A stretch of DNA of 64,000 nucleotides from Tubulanus polymorphus. Lineage: Eukaryota; Animalia; Nemertea. Both the position numbers and the translations under genes were made by a program. The notes beneath the pieces are model-generated. The model did not search any database. It was given only the letters and a program-made list of their open reading frames with translations, and was not told the origin of the DNA. Below, one piece after another: positions 26,040 through 37,400 of this stretch. The stretch lies in the NCBI RefSeq assembly GCF_964204645.1, contig NC_134029.1, positions 15,246,950 to 15,310,949 of the forward strand, read 5' to 3'. Every line of letters begins with the position of its first letter. Within the stretch, counting starts at the first letter, position 1.

Positions 26040-28861
26040 ATGAGTTCATGTAACGTTTTATCAATGGGTCATTATAATTCCTTCTGCTTGCTAATATGAT
26101 GGAATTTAACAGCATACAGCGTGACTGTTTGTATTATTACAGTAACGACTTAGTAAAAGAATTCTCTGACTCCAGTTTTGGCCTTTTTCATGTAAACGTC
26201 AGGAGTCTGAACAAAAGTTTTGATAATTTTGGCGAGAACAAGCATGGATAATAGATCTTTATATCCAATTCCAGGATATAATTCAATTTTCAAATGCAGA
26301 GATCACTCTAGAGGTGGAGGAATAGCCTTTTATGTAAAAAATTCTATAAATTACAAAATTAGGACTGATCTCGATGTACCTATTATCAATTCGATTGAAT
26401 ATATGTTCATCGAAATTAATCTTAGGAACTTTCCGGAAAAAATTCTTATTGGTCTATTTTACAGACCTCCTCAACTCAAGGTCAGTGACGTTATAAGTGA
26501 TTTTTTGAAAATATTTGATAAGATATCTTGTCATTCTAGAGTTTTCCTTATGGGAGATTTCAATATCAACATACTTAATGAGGATCGCGACCTTCATACG
26601 ACAAATTTTGTTGATACCTTGAGTTGCAATTCCTTTGCTCCTTTAATTAACAAACCTACACGCATTACTGATAAATCGGAATCTCTTCTAGATATAATTT
26701 AACAAATTGTAATGAAGAGTATAACATCAAATCGGGCATAGTAATGACTGATATCTCGGATCATCTACCTGTATTTTCAATTTTAAATACTAAGTCTAAC
26801 TCTAAAAAAACTCCACATCATGTAAATTATAGACAAGTTAATGAACGCAACATGCGGATTTTCAAAAGGTATTAATGGCCGAAAAATGGAATGATGTATA
26901 TAATAGCACCAATACTGAACTGGCGTACAATACATTTATCACCTTATTTACTAAATACTATGACTACTCATTCCCAGTAATCAAAAGGAAATGGAATCGA
27001 TTAAAAGATAAGCTAAACCCTTGGATGACAAGAGGTCTATGAATTTCACTAAAACATAAGGAGAAGTTCTATACAGAGTATCTTAAGAAGAGGTCAGCTG
27101 AATCAAAATCAGTGTTTACTAAATACAGAAACTGTTTTCACAAATGTATACGCGTGGCAAAAAAAGATTTCTACATGCAAAAGTTTGAAACTATAGGGAC
27201 TGATTCCAAGCAGACCTGGGGATTAATCAATTCTATATTACATAAAAGAAAAGCGTCAGATTTTCCTGAAAAGTTCAGACACAACGATCAATTGATTACG
27301 GACCCCCTCGAAATAGCTAATGATTTCAATGACTTTTTTATAAATATCGGTCCAAAACTAGCTGATAAAATGCCAGATACAAACAAAGATTTCAAGAGTT
27401 ATCTAAAAAACAGAGTTGAAGACACAATTTTCCTTGCTCCAGTGACTAAATTAGAAATAAAAATATTGTTAAACTTTTTAAATCAAAGAATAGTTCTGGA
27501 GTTGATAATATCAGTCAGAAATTATTAAAGGAGGTCATCCATCTTATCTCTGATCCCTTAGTATACATCTTTAATCTTAGTTTGGTATCTGGCGTTTTTC
27601 CAAGTGCTCTCAAAATTGCTCAGGTTTGTCCAATTTATAAAACCGGGGATAAGGCAAGTTTCACAAATTATCGCCCCATCTCAATCCTACCATGCCTCTC
27701 TAAGATTTTAGAAAAAATCATGTATTGCCGTGTCATTGAGTTTCTTGAATCTCATAATGTAATTTCAGACTCCCAGTTTGGGTTTAGGAAAAAACATTCT
27801 ACTTCCTATGCCCTAACAAAAATAATCGATAACTTAATTGATAAATTGGATTGTGGAGAGACTATTTTAGGTATTTTTTTAGATTTATCTAAAACTTTTG
27901 ATACCATAGATCATGCAATACTATTAAGCAAACTTGAACACTATGGTATCAGAGGTTTAGCTAATATCTGGTTTAAAAATTATCTTTGTAACCGACTTCA
28001 GTGTGTAAAATATGGAGATAAACATCCAATCGAATGAAAATAATATGTGGAGTCCCGCAAGGATCGATCTTGGGTCCTCTTCTCTTTATTTTGTACATTA
28101 ACGATTGCCCCAATGCGTCAGCCATTTTTCAGACTATAATGTTCGCGGATGATACTAATATCTTTGCTTCCCATAAAGAGTACAGAATTTTGGAGAAAAC
28201 TGTCAATTTTGAACTTGCAAACTTGGACGTCTGGTTTAAGTCAAATAAACGTTCATTAAATCTTGACAAAACACATTTCATGGTATTTAGTAGAGCTAAG
28301 AAAAAAAGGACTCATATACAAAATATTGCGAAGAAAGTGGCACAAGGTATTGGTATCATCCGACGCTTATCACATTATGTTCCACGATCCGTTCTTCTAA
28401 AATTGTACTATTCTCTTATTCATCCTTACATTCATTATTGTAACATGACTTGGGCAAATAATACCTCTACTAATCTTAACTGTCTTGTGGTATTACAAAA
28501 GAAAGCGATTAGAGCGATTAATGGTAGCGGCTACTTAGCGCACACGTCACCTTTATTCAAAAAGTACAAACTTTTGAAATTAGAGGATATCAACAAACTA
28601 CAAATTTGCCAGTTCATGTACTTATATAATAAAAATGATGTCCCTAAAGCCTTCGATGATTTCTTTTTACTTAATTCGCAAATTCACAACCACAACACTC
28701 GAAATAGTACTAGTATCAATTTCGTAATCCCATATTCAAGAACCAACCTTCGTTACAATTCATTAAGACTTTGGAACACTTTGAATCCTAAGTTAAAACT
28801 ATCTAAAAATTTCTGTTCTTTTAAAAGAAATTTAAAGAAGTCCATCATAGACAATTACTAA
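26040..28861 (+). pseudogene. LINE ORF2 (AP endonuclease + reverse transcriptase), frameshifted
   Basis: HVNVRSL, RGGGIAFYV, YRPP, MGDFNI, ISDHLPVF, NYRPISILP, QFGFR, FLDLSKTFDTIDH, GVPQGSILGPLLF, FADDT. Confidence 0.9.
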
Positions 28862-29064
28862 CTCATGTGAACATTGTTTAAATTTAAGTATTGAGCCCGT
28901 CTGAAAGTATGTATGTGTGTGTATGCATGAAGCGTGTGTGAATATGCGTGTTTTTTTTTCTTTTTTTTCCTTATTTTGTTTTCCTTTTAGGGTGCCTGAT
29001 ACTACAAGCTTTGCTTTTTTCGGGTTGCCGTGCTGTTATTTTACATCAGTATATATCGATATGG

Positions 29065-29105
<41 letters not shown>

Positions 29106-29153
29106 TAAAATGAGTTTTTTGTTGCATTATTACTGGTTTTTCTACGGTTTCAG

Positions 29154-29306
29154 ATAATAGGAGAATGAATTGCTTTAGTAATTTTGAGGATGGGCGTTGT
29201 ACTTCGAGGCTAGGCATGCAAATGACGTTGAAAGAATGTTGTTGTACGCAAGGTACCGGCTGGGGAGATAGAGCCATTTGTCATCTCTGTGCATCTAAAG
29301 GAACTG
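29154..29306 (+). CDS. Fibrillin-like gene exon: TB (8-Cys) domain, first part
   Basis: tttcag|..|gt, 153 nt; DNRRMNCFSNFEDGRCTSRLGMQMTLKECCCTQGTGWGDRAICHLC with the CCC triplet. Confidence 0.9.
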
Positions 29307-29396
29307 GTCTGCATCCGTATTTTTCGCATCACTTTTACAAAGTTTTACTTTTTGTTGAGTTTTTGCTTGTTTTATTTCAATGTTTCTATTTTATAG

Positions 29397-29561
29397 AAGT
29401 CTACCGCAAGTTATGCTTTGATGAAAATCAACCTACTGAATTAGACGAATGTACATTATTTGAAGATACGTGCGTCCCTCATGGACGTTGCATAAATACT
29501 CAAACTTCTTTCCGTTGTCAGTGCGATCTTGGTTTTCGGCAACTAGTTAGCAAATGTGTGG
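29397..29561 (+). CDS. Fibrillin-like gene exon: end of TB + cbEGF
   Basis: ttatag|..|gtaagt, 165 nt; EVYRKLC..ELDECTLFEDTCVPHGRCINTQTSFRCQCDLGF. Confidence 0.9.
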
Positions 29562-30519
29562 GTAAGTATGATGTTAGATTAAAACGCATATGTAGAATTG
29601 ACATAATTGAAACCATTCTCAGCGTTAGCTCCGTTGCCTACAGCCTGCGGGGCTGTCTAATGCAATAGCTTTGCACCAAAATGACATGTCATCCGAAAAA
29701 TTTCGCCTCGCTGCTAGACAACTGAGAGAAATTTAATTTCACATACGCATATTCATCTTTAGCTAGACAGAATGTCACTAAGGCACCACGATTAATGAGC
29801 CGCGTTGATGCAATTCTCAAAACTAGCAAAAGTAACAGTGTTTTCACTGCGAGTGGCTTTTATCATATAACATGAACCTGTCATACATTTACATGTAAAT
29901 GTGATACAAGTAGACTCGCCTGTGATCAATGAACATGTATCTAATAGGCCATCAGAAGTAAGCATTGATTAGGTTGGCCTAACTATGATTAGTTCATGCC
30001 CAGGTTCCTCTTGTAAAATTGATAAGCATCGTCGTCGGGGAACTATTTGGACAGCCTGTTTTTTCGCGTGTAAACATCTGTGAACATTATGAGAACCGGT
30101 TATGCCGGTTTACTAGCGTATCTATTTAACACCCGTATTGCTCGGGTTAGTTTTTCTACCAACGGGTGGCGCTGTATGTAAATTTCACATAAATCAACGA
30201 CTCTCGGCTATTAGCTGTACTTAAGACCACTTGAAAACATCGTAGTCAATTACGGTAGTAGTGGAAATAAAAAGAATTAGATACAATAAGCACCATAGCA
30301 ACCATACCAGAGACATTTTATTCAGACTAAGGACTATTAGTTAAACACTGATCTTCATTTCCATTAATCAATGATCTGTTGAATTAATTAGTAATTCAGT
30401 CTTTCAGTGTGTTCGAGATAAAATGCCCGCAAAATAAGAACCTAACGAACCAGAGCCGACCACAAATTGCCCAACGGATAAATTTTCCGAAACGACACAA
30501 TCCAATCATGTTTGGTAGC

Positions 30520-30980
30520 AAAGTGGCGTGGACCTTGGTCTATTAACTGACCAATGCATGGCCAGAACCATAAAGTAAATTATTTCTTTGCAAACAATTA
30601 AGTTGTTTGGTGTGGGCATTAATCTAAAAATTGTTTAACTGACCAATGCTTGACCAGTACTGACCAGTTACCAGTGCTAACCAAAACTCACCATAAGTAA
30701 TTTTATATTTAGTTCAGTAAAGTAATAAAATCGTGTTTGGACGTCGAGCGACTAAATATGGCGCGGGCTATGATCTAACAACTATTTAACTGACCAATTC
30801 TGACCAATACTGACCCTAAAGTAATTTGTCTATTTCAGAAGCAACACAGTCGTGTGTGGTGTCAAATAATTATATTCAACTGACCAAATCTTGACCAATA
30901 CTGACCACATAGATGTATTTATCTGTTTCGGTAACAACTTGGTTGTGTCTGGTATCAAACAATTTCATTTGGCCTGAACG
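30520..30980. repeat. Diverged minisatellite with AACTGACCAA cores; related array in opposite orientation at ~45660-46040
   Basis: Repeated ttaactgaccaa..tgacca; ttggtcagtggtggtcagt at 45788-45921. Confidence 0.55.
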
Positions 30981-31377
30981 TAAATATAACAACTCTTTTA
31001 CCTGTACAAGCTACACAAGTACTGTCAAATTTCCGGTTAAATGTTTTCAGAAATGACATGGGGTATTGCCTCAATCCTTCGTTAGTACTACTAGCTCTTA
31101 CATTTAGATTTGTCGCTTGAAAAGTCTTGTCAGAATTGTTTTTATTGTAGGTAGCGAGCTAACTTCCCCGAGCGAAATTTCCCACTAAATGCAAAAGATT
31201 TTCACGTGGGGTTTTGAACGAACAACGTTTCGATTTGTAATTGTAACGTGCGCATTTGAGCCTGTAACGTGCACATTTCACTCGCGTGAACGTGCGTATC
31301 GGTACCAACATGCGAAACTTGTCAAACTTTTGCGTTCAAGACGTTTAGACTGAACATTAAAGAAGATATCATATCAT

Positions 31378-31487
<110 letters not shown>

Positions 31488-32033
31488 TATAGATGGAATG
31501 ATAATGTAGTAGTTTTAAATGCTTCGTAGCTGCTGTCCACTGACCACAGATCAAAGTTAATCCCCTGATATGAAATATATACATTGGTTATAGTGATGTA
31601 GTAGTTCAGTGAGAATTCAAACTTATGGTTAATTTTGAGTGATCACAACGCTGACCAATAGAGAAAGCTGTAAGGCCTAAGTAAAGATGCATTAAGTATA
31701 ACATGTCGTTCGATATAACGAAGAAGTATTCAACACAATCTGATCACAACAATATGTCACTTATCTTACCGGAAAAAATACCGGAGAATTAATGGGAGAT
31801 CCCTGAATTCGAAACAATTCCACACTCAATCGATATTTTAAAAACACAATTTGCAATTTGTGGACATGCATTTTTTGCACCAAAAGCATGAAGTATATTA
31901 TCTTTGCTTGTAAAAATTTGAAATGTTAGGGAAGATGTTTGGCCCGTTAGTAATAGGGAAAGTAGGCTTTCAGATCAGAGTACGAGAGTACGAGACACCA
32001 CTCTTCACCACAAGTAATTTTTTTTCCTTATAA

Positions 32034-32361
32034 ATGGGAGATAGAAAAGCATTCTTAGCAACAATAAATAACAGAATAAAACCAGCAAAAAAACCAATTT
32101 GAAATAAAAAAGTTAATTGATGTTACAAAAGAAATTGAATATAAAATATTGAAATTAGAAAAGATAAAAACTAAATATGGAGAGAAAGTATCAGCGAATT
32201 TAAGCTACTGTAATGTTAGTACATCGCGAGAATTTAAAGTATTTTTACCTGATAAATGGGTTTCATTGAGTACAGAGGAATCAAAAGATTTAGAAGGATT
32301 TAAAATAATTTATCATGGAAAAAATGATGACGGTCATCATGATTTAGAAATTGTTGATTAA
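32034..32361 (+). pseudogene. Polinton small conserved gene (homolog of 11872-12207), one frameshift
   Basis: ATG inside the left TIR: MGDRKAFLATINNRIK../..KTKYGEKV..FLPDKW..IYHGKNDDGHHDLEIVD. Confidence 0.65.
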
Positions 32362-33399
32362 ATAAAAAATAAAAATAATGAATATCTAGAATCCAAAATG
32401 ACCTTAGTCGTTTTACGAACAACTACAATCATACCAGCCAAACATCTGTTACATGTTATTATAAGAGAGTGCTTCATTTGAATATTGATCGATCAAACAG
32501 GTGTTGCAATTCAACGTTGTTGTTATATTGGATAGCTAGCAGTTATATAATAAGCACGCAATACATACAACACACACAGGATACATTCTCTCTCTAGTGA
32601 TTAAAAGGAATATTTCAGTGTTTTTAAGGTAAGTTTTAGCAAAATTGCCCTATCCTCGACCTACAGAGTTTTCAGGGGATAAGCATCCCATTATTGAAAG
32701 GCGCCACGGGACGCTTATCCCCAGTCATTTCTACTTACACCCCCGCGACCCACGTCAACCGGGATCTCCTTCAATGATAAGATGATGAGAAATCACATTA
32801 TATTAAAGCCGCCTAATGTAATTTCTACCAATCTCGAAATTCGAAACCGAAGGAGAAACCCGGAGAGTGGACGAAGGTGCATTTTCAAAATGACTGCTGG
32901 CCAGAGCTACTCCAGCGTTGGAATGAATTGCCTTATATACTTAGCTAAAACACCTAAGTAAATGTTGTTGGTGTTTACTAAAGAAATATATGAAATTTGA
33001 AATTATAAATTATTCCGAATGAAAAGAATATAGGAATGAAAACTGATAAATGAATTATGGATTTTTAACTTAATTATGATTTAATTTTTAATCAAATTAG
33101 TAATCAATTACCATGTTAATTGATTAACAAATTCAAATTCAAATATTCATTTAGCATCACGCCCAGTGCTGCCATCTTTCAATTTAAGAAAAAACTAATA
33201 ATAAGAAACGACTGTAATACAATATTCAAGTAAAAACTTCAAATTAAAAAAAACAAAATAAATAAATAAAAATAATGAATATCTAGAATCCGAAATGACT
33301 TATCTGGACAATTTAATTGCTCCGCATAGATAGACAAAAGTAGTGAGATATTCAATTATTTTTTTTGCTTTTTTTCTAAAATATTAATTCATTTTTTTT

Positions 33400-33738
33400 A
33401 TTATCAATTTTGGAATTTCAGAAGTATTTTCATTTTTTATAGCAGTTGTTTCAGAATTATAAATATCATGAATTTTATTTGATTTCTCATACCAATTACG
33501 TCCAATCAAAATGAATACAATTACAAATCCAACTGTAAAATATAGACATTTATCAGATATTCTATTATTAGAAGGAGTAGAAATAACAATATTTTCACTA
33601 TTTTTATTAACATTTTTATTACTTATTTTTTCTTTTACAACTTTTTTATATTCTTGTGATTTAATTCCTAATTGTCGAGACCATTCAATCTGTTTCTGTG
33701 ATCTCGGTTTTTTTCTTCACTTCTTCCACCTTGTTCAT
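33400..33738 (-). pseudogene. Small basic protein with a transmembrane segment, frameshifted; 3' end approximate
   Basis: TAAATG start, MNKVEEVKK/KPRSQKQIEWSRQLG..LYFTVGFVIVFILIG. Confidence 0.45.
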
Positions 33739-34279
33739 TTATTATAGAAATATTTTTACTTTCAATATTTGAAAATGTTATAACTCCAGTTGATAATAAT
33801 GTCATAAATCCACCTAATTGAAATGATAAATATCCAATCCATTTATTTAATTCGGTCATAACTAAATAATCATTTTTTAAATCAGCATATAATCTAATTT
33901 CATCTTGAATTGGCAGCATATAATTACATAATTTACTATAACCTTTTACTACATTTTCTGATATCGCGTCATTAATTCTAGCTGTTCTCACGGTTGTTTC
34001 ATAAATCTTAAATAATCTAATAATTTCATCTGATTTCATTGTATCTAATTCATTATAAGTTAAATTTTTGCCGGTAAAATTTTTACATTTTCCAGATGCT
34101 ATTAATATTTCTAATTGATGTTTACAATAAAGATAATATTCATAATTATTATTTGTTGTAACATTATTTAAAGCACCATCATCTGGAGTTAATTTTGTTT
34201 CTGTTATTCCTGAATCATCTAAAGTTTTTTCAATTGGAACATCACCATTTTTAGATTTTATTTTCTTTTCACCTCCCAT
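33668..34279 (-). CDS. Conserved Polinton/adintovirus hypothetical protein
   Basis: Intact 203-aa ORF, TAAATG start, hydrophobic C-terminal stretch. Confidence 0.7.
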   Translation of the reverse strand: MGGEKKIKSKNGDVPIEKTLDDSGITETKLTPDDGALNNVTTNNNYEYYLYCKHQLEILIASGKCKNFTGKNLTYNELDTMKSDEIIRLFKIYETTVRTARINDAISENVVKGYSKLCNYMLPIQDEIRLYADLKNDYLVMTELNKWIGYLSFQLGGFMTLLSTGVITFSNIESKNISIINEQGGRSEEKNRDHRNRLNGLDN

Positions 34280-34296
34280 TTATATAACAAACAAAT

Positions 34297-34482
34297 TAGT
34301 TGTGTTGTTGCAACTAGAATTCAACTAGAATGTAACTAGAATTCAACTAGATTAACAAGCTAGTTGAAAATTGTTGTTTTTATTTATTTCTTGTTGAATC
34401 TAGTTGATTTTTGTTCCAACTACTAGTAACTAGAATTCAACTAGAATGTAACTAAAAATATATTAGATTAACAAGCTTGTTG
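34297..34482. repeat. Intergenic cluster of direct and inverted AACTAG(AAT) repeats
   Basis: caactagaattcaactagaatgtaactagaattcaactag, with inverted ctagttga copies. Confidence 0.8.
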
Positions 34483-34485
34483 AAT

Positions 34486-35094
34486 TTAAATAAATTCATA
34501 TTTAAATGGGTGTTGTAATCTAAATAGTAATTTTGATCTTTTAATATTTTTCAATTTATCCATATATTCATTATGTAAATCATGTGGAATAATATCATTT
34601 TCCTCAAGTGCATTTTTCATCGATTTTCTGTCTTTATTGTAGAATAAAACTAGAAATCTAATGTTTTCTCTAAAGTCTTTAACAATTGAATTATATTTTT
34701 GATTTAAAACCCATGTTGTTATCCCAAAATGTCTCCCAGAGAAAGCTAAATAGCATAACTCACTTTCTCTAACTTTTGAATCATTTAGATTAGCACAATC
34801 ATCTATAATGAATAATGTATTTGATCCTTTATAAATATCAATTGCTATTTTAATACAATTATCTAAATTTTCTTTTACTGTTTTAGTATCTAATATAATA
34901 AATTTATTATTTCTAGTAATATTTCTGTCATAAGTTTGATTAAATTCATATGTTGGACAAAATAATACTATATTATCAAAATAGTTTTTATAAACAGTTT
35001 CTTATAAATTTAATATAAAATAAGTTTTTCCACAATTTGTTACAACAGAAATTAACATATTATGAGGCTCAAATATAAATAATTCCTTATTCAT
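34486..35094 (-). pseudogene. FtsK/HerA-family (A32-like) packaging ATPase, disrupted
   Basis: Manual translation: MLISVVTNCGKT (degenerate Walker A), TLFIIDDCANL (Walker B), LAFSGRHFGITTWVLNQKY; in-frame stop. Confidence 0.8.
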
Positions 35095-36209
35095 TTATAT
35101 ATTTTTAATTTTACTTGATAATATCCATTCATTGAATTTATCTGGCCATCCAACCCATTTTACTGAAGAATATTTTCTTTTAATAGTTTTTGTTTTTAAT
35201 ACTTTTATATTCTTGTTCTAGATTTTCTGTAGTTAAACTTAATTCTTCTTCGTAAAAGTAGCCATCAACTTCTTCACCATCTAAATCTTCTAATTTATGG
35301 ACATATGGTTTTGTTGTTATTACCTTTTTTATTTTATATATTTCCCTAGTAAAATTTCGATCGTATCCTTTGTCAAATATCTTTTTATACTTAGAAATTC
35401 TAACATTTTGACCAACTTTAAATTTAGGTTCACCAAAATCATCTACAAGAAATGCTCCATATAAATTATTCCAAACAATTTCAGCATTTTCAGGTTTCTA
35501 GCTTCAATAGGTTTCATTCCAATAGAAGAATGATAAGAATTATTATATCCTTCTATCAATTTTGGTAAAACATCAATCCATTTAAAAGTATTATTTGCTG
35601 TAAAATATTTCCACATTCTTGTTCTTAATGTTCTATTAAATCGTACAACAACTGCTGCTTTTTTATCCGATTTTGTTGAAAAATATTTAATATTATGATT
35701 GTCCAAGAGTTCATGAACAAGTGAATTATCAAATTCTTTTCCATCATCAAATTGTATTTTTTCTGGTTTTAGTTTATCATCCGAAAGAAATTTTGTTAAA
35801 ACATTTGATGTTTGTACAGCATCTTTTCTATAAAGTGGGAAGCTCCATACATAGCGACTAAAAATATCAATTATATTCAATATCCACCAATAATCATCAT
35901 TATCTTTCTTAACATTTTTCATATCAATTAAATCTCCTTGCCACTGTTGATCTACATAACTTACCATAGTTTTACGAGTTTAATATTTTCTAACAATTTT
36001 TTATGTGTTGTGTATGTTGGTTGTTCTAACATAAATTCATTTATATCTTTATATTTAACTAAATTTTGTGGGATTATCTTATCTAATTTATCTTGTTTTA
36101 CTTGACGCCATATATTTTTGTTAGAAGAATAAGCAACCGAACTCTCAGGGTTGTAATATAAATTTCTTAAATATTGTTCTTTAGTATTAGGAGTTTTTTT
36201 ACCACCCAT
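35091..36209 (-). pseudogene. Retroviral-like (rve) integrase with C-terminal chromo-like domain, frameshifted
   Basis: QWQGDLIDM, IDIFSRYVW, IQFDDGKEF, RFNRTLR, YNNSYHSSIGMKP, VKWVGWPDKFNEWI. Confidence 0.9.
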
Positions 36210-36239
36210 TTATATATCCTTAATTTTAACTTTATATTT

Positions 36240-37065
36240 CTAATATTGAATACTATTTAATTGTGAATTTACAATATTTAATTGTGCGTCAGATATAATA
36301 AAAATGTGCATTTTAAAATTAAAGCGTCCTTTTTTCTTTTTCATGAATAATTTTATTCCATCTTTAGTGTTCTGTAGTTTTTTCTCAGAACCATGTAATG
36401 AATTATCCTCTGTTGTTCTAAAATCTAACCATAATGCATATTTATTACCTGTGTAATAAGCAATTTGATTAATATTACAATTTTCAGATGATTTTACTTT
36501 TTCATTCATAAAATGTTTTCTAATTTCTGGCCATTGATCTATCATTCTCATTCCTTGACAAAATATTTTATTTGCTATTCCTTCGATAGTTATTTCTACT
36601 TTTGTTATTTCAGGATTATAATAATTATCTACCTTTATTGCGCCATTAGAATATGTTGCAATGGTAAAAAATATTAATATACCTTTAATAGATCTTCTTG
36701 GGAAGTTAATATTCTCATTAATTATTTCATCATTTGCATTAATAGTTACAGTTTTAAATTTATCAATATAATCATATAATAATGAAAATCCTTGATTGTA
36801 TTGAGTTTGAATTGTGCTAGCAATATTTTCATTAGTTACTGTGTCATATTCTAAACATATATTCGATAATTTATAACCCATATCTCTAGCAACGCTAGAT
36901 AATACAATTTCATTAACAGGAGCAAACGTTATCTCAAATATAATATCTTCTTGAATTACATATTTATATAGATCTTAATTTCTTTTGGTTTTCCGATTGA
37001 ATGCCTTGAAATATCATATTATTTCTATTTTCGTTAGTTAACCATAAATCTTTATAATTAATTGA
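36240..37065 (-). pseudogene. Major capsid protein (hexon-like), N-terminus deleted
   Basis: YKDLWL..FQGIQ, YKLSNICLEYDTV, NENINFPRRSIKGILIFF, YNPEITKVEITIEG, YALWLDFRT..LHGS; Polinton capsid pattern recognised from memory. Confidence 0.65.
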
Positions 37066-37115
37066 AAGAATTGTTATTCCTTCTAATTTAAATAATAATT
37101 TTATTCTATCTTTCA

Positions 37116-37400
37116 ATGATATTTCAGAATTTGGAAAATAGAATAACAGATTCAATTAATTATGAATTCTTTTTAGATAAGATTGTAAATTATTTAAACA
37201 TCGATATTATAATTCCATTTGATGAATTAACAAACAAAAAGAAACAAAGAGAGCGAGATGAAATGTGGCACAATATAACACGTTATTTAAATGAGAAAAA
37301 TGAAATGGAAGAACCTAAACAAATTATACAAGAACAATTAAATGAAAATGAAGAAGCCAATAGTGATTTCGAGTATGATGATATTGATTTTCTGTTTTAA
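37116..37400 (+). CDS. Hypothetical acidic protein (probably 5'-truncated), convergent on pPolB
   Basis: 94-aa ORF whose stop overlaps the pPolB stop in a shared TTAA (37397-37400). Confidence 0.4.
   Translation: MIFQNLENRITDSINYEFFLDKIVNYLNIDIIIPFDELTNKKKQRERDEMWHNITRYLNEKNEMEEPKQIIQEQLNENEEANSDFEYDDIDFLF

Larger units (their letters stand above)
24250..29100 (+). mobile_element. Near full-length non-LTR retrotransposon, CR1/L2 group (Crack/Daphne-like), mildly degraded; ends approximate
   Basis: ORF1 plus APE-RT ORF2, 3' UTR, ends in (TA)n about 50 bp before a host exon. Confidence 0.85.
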
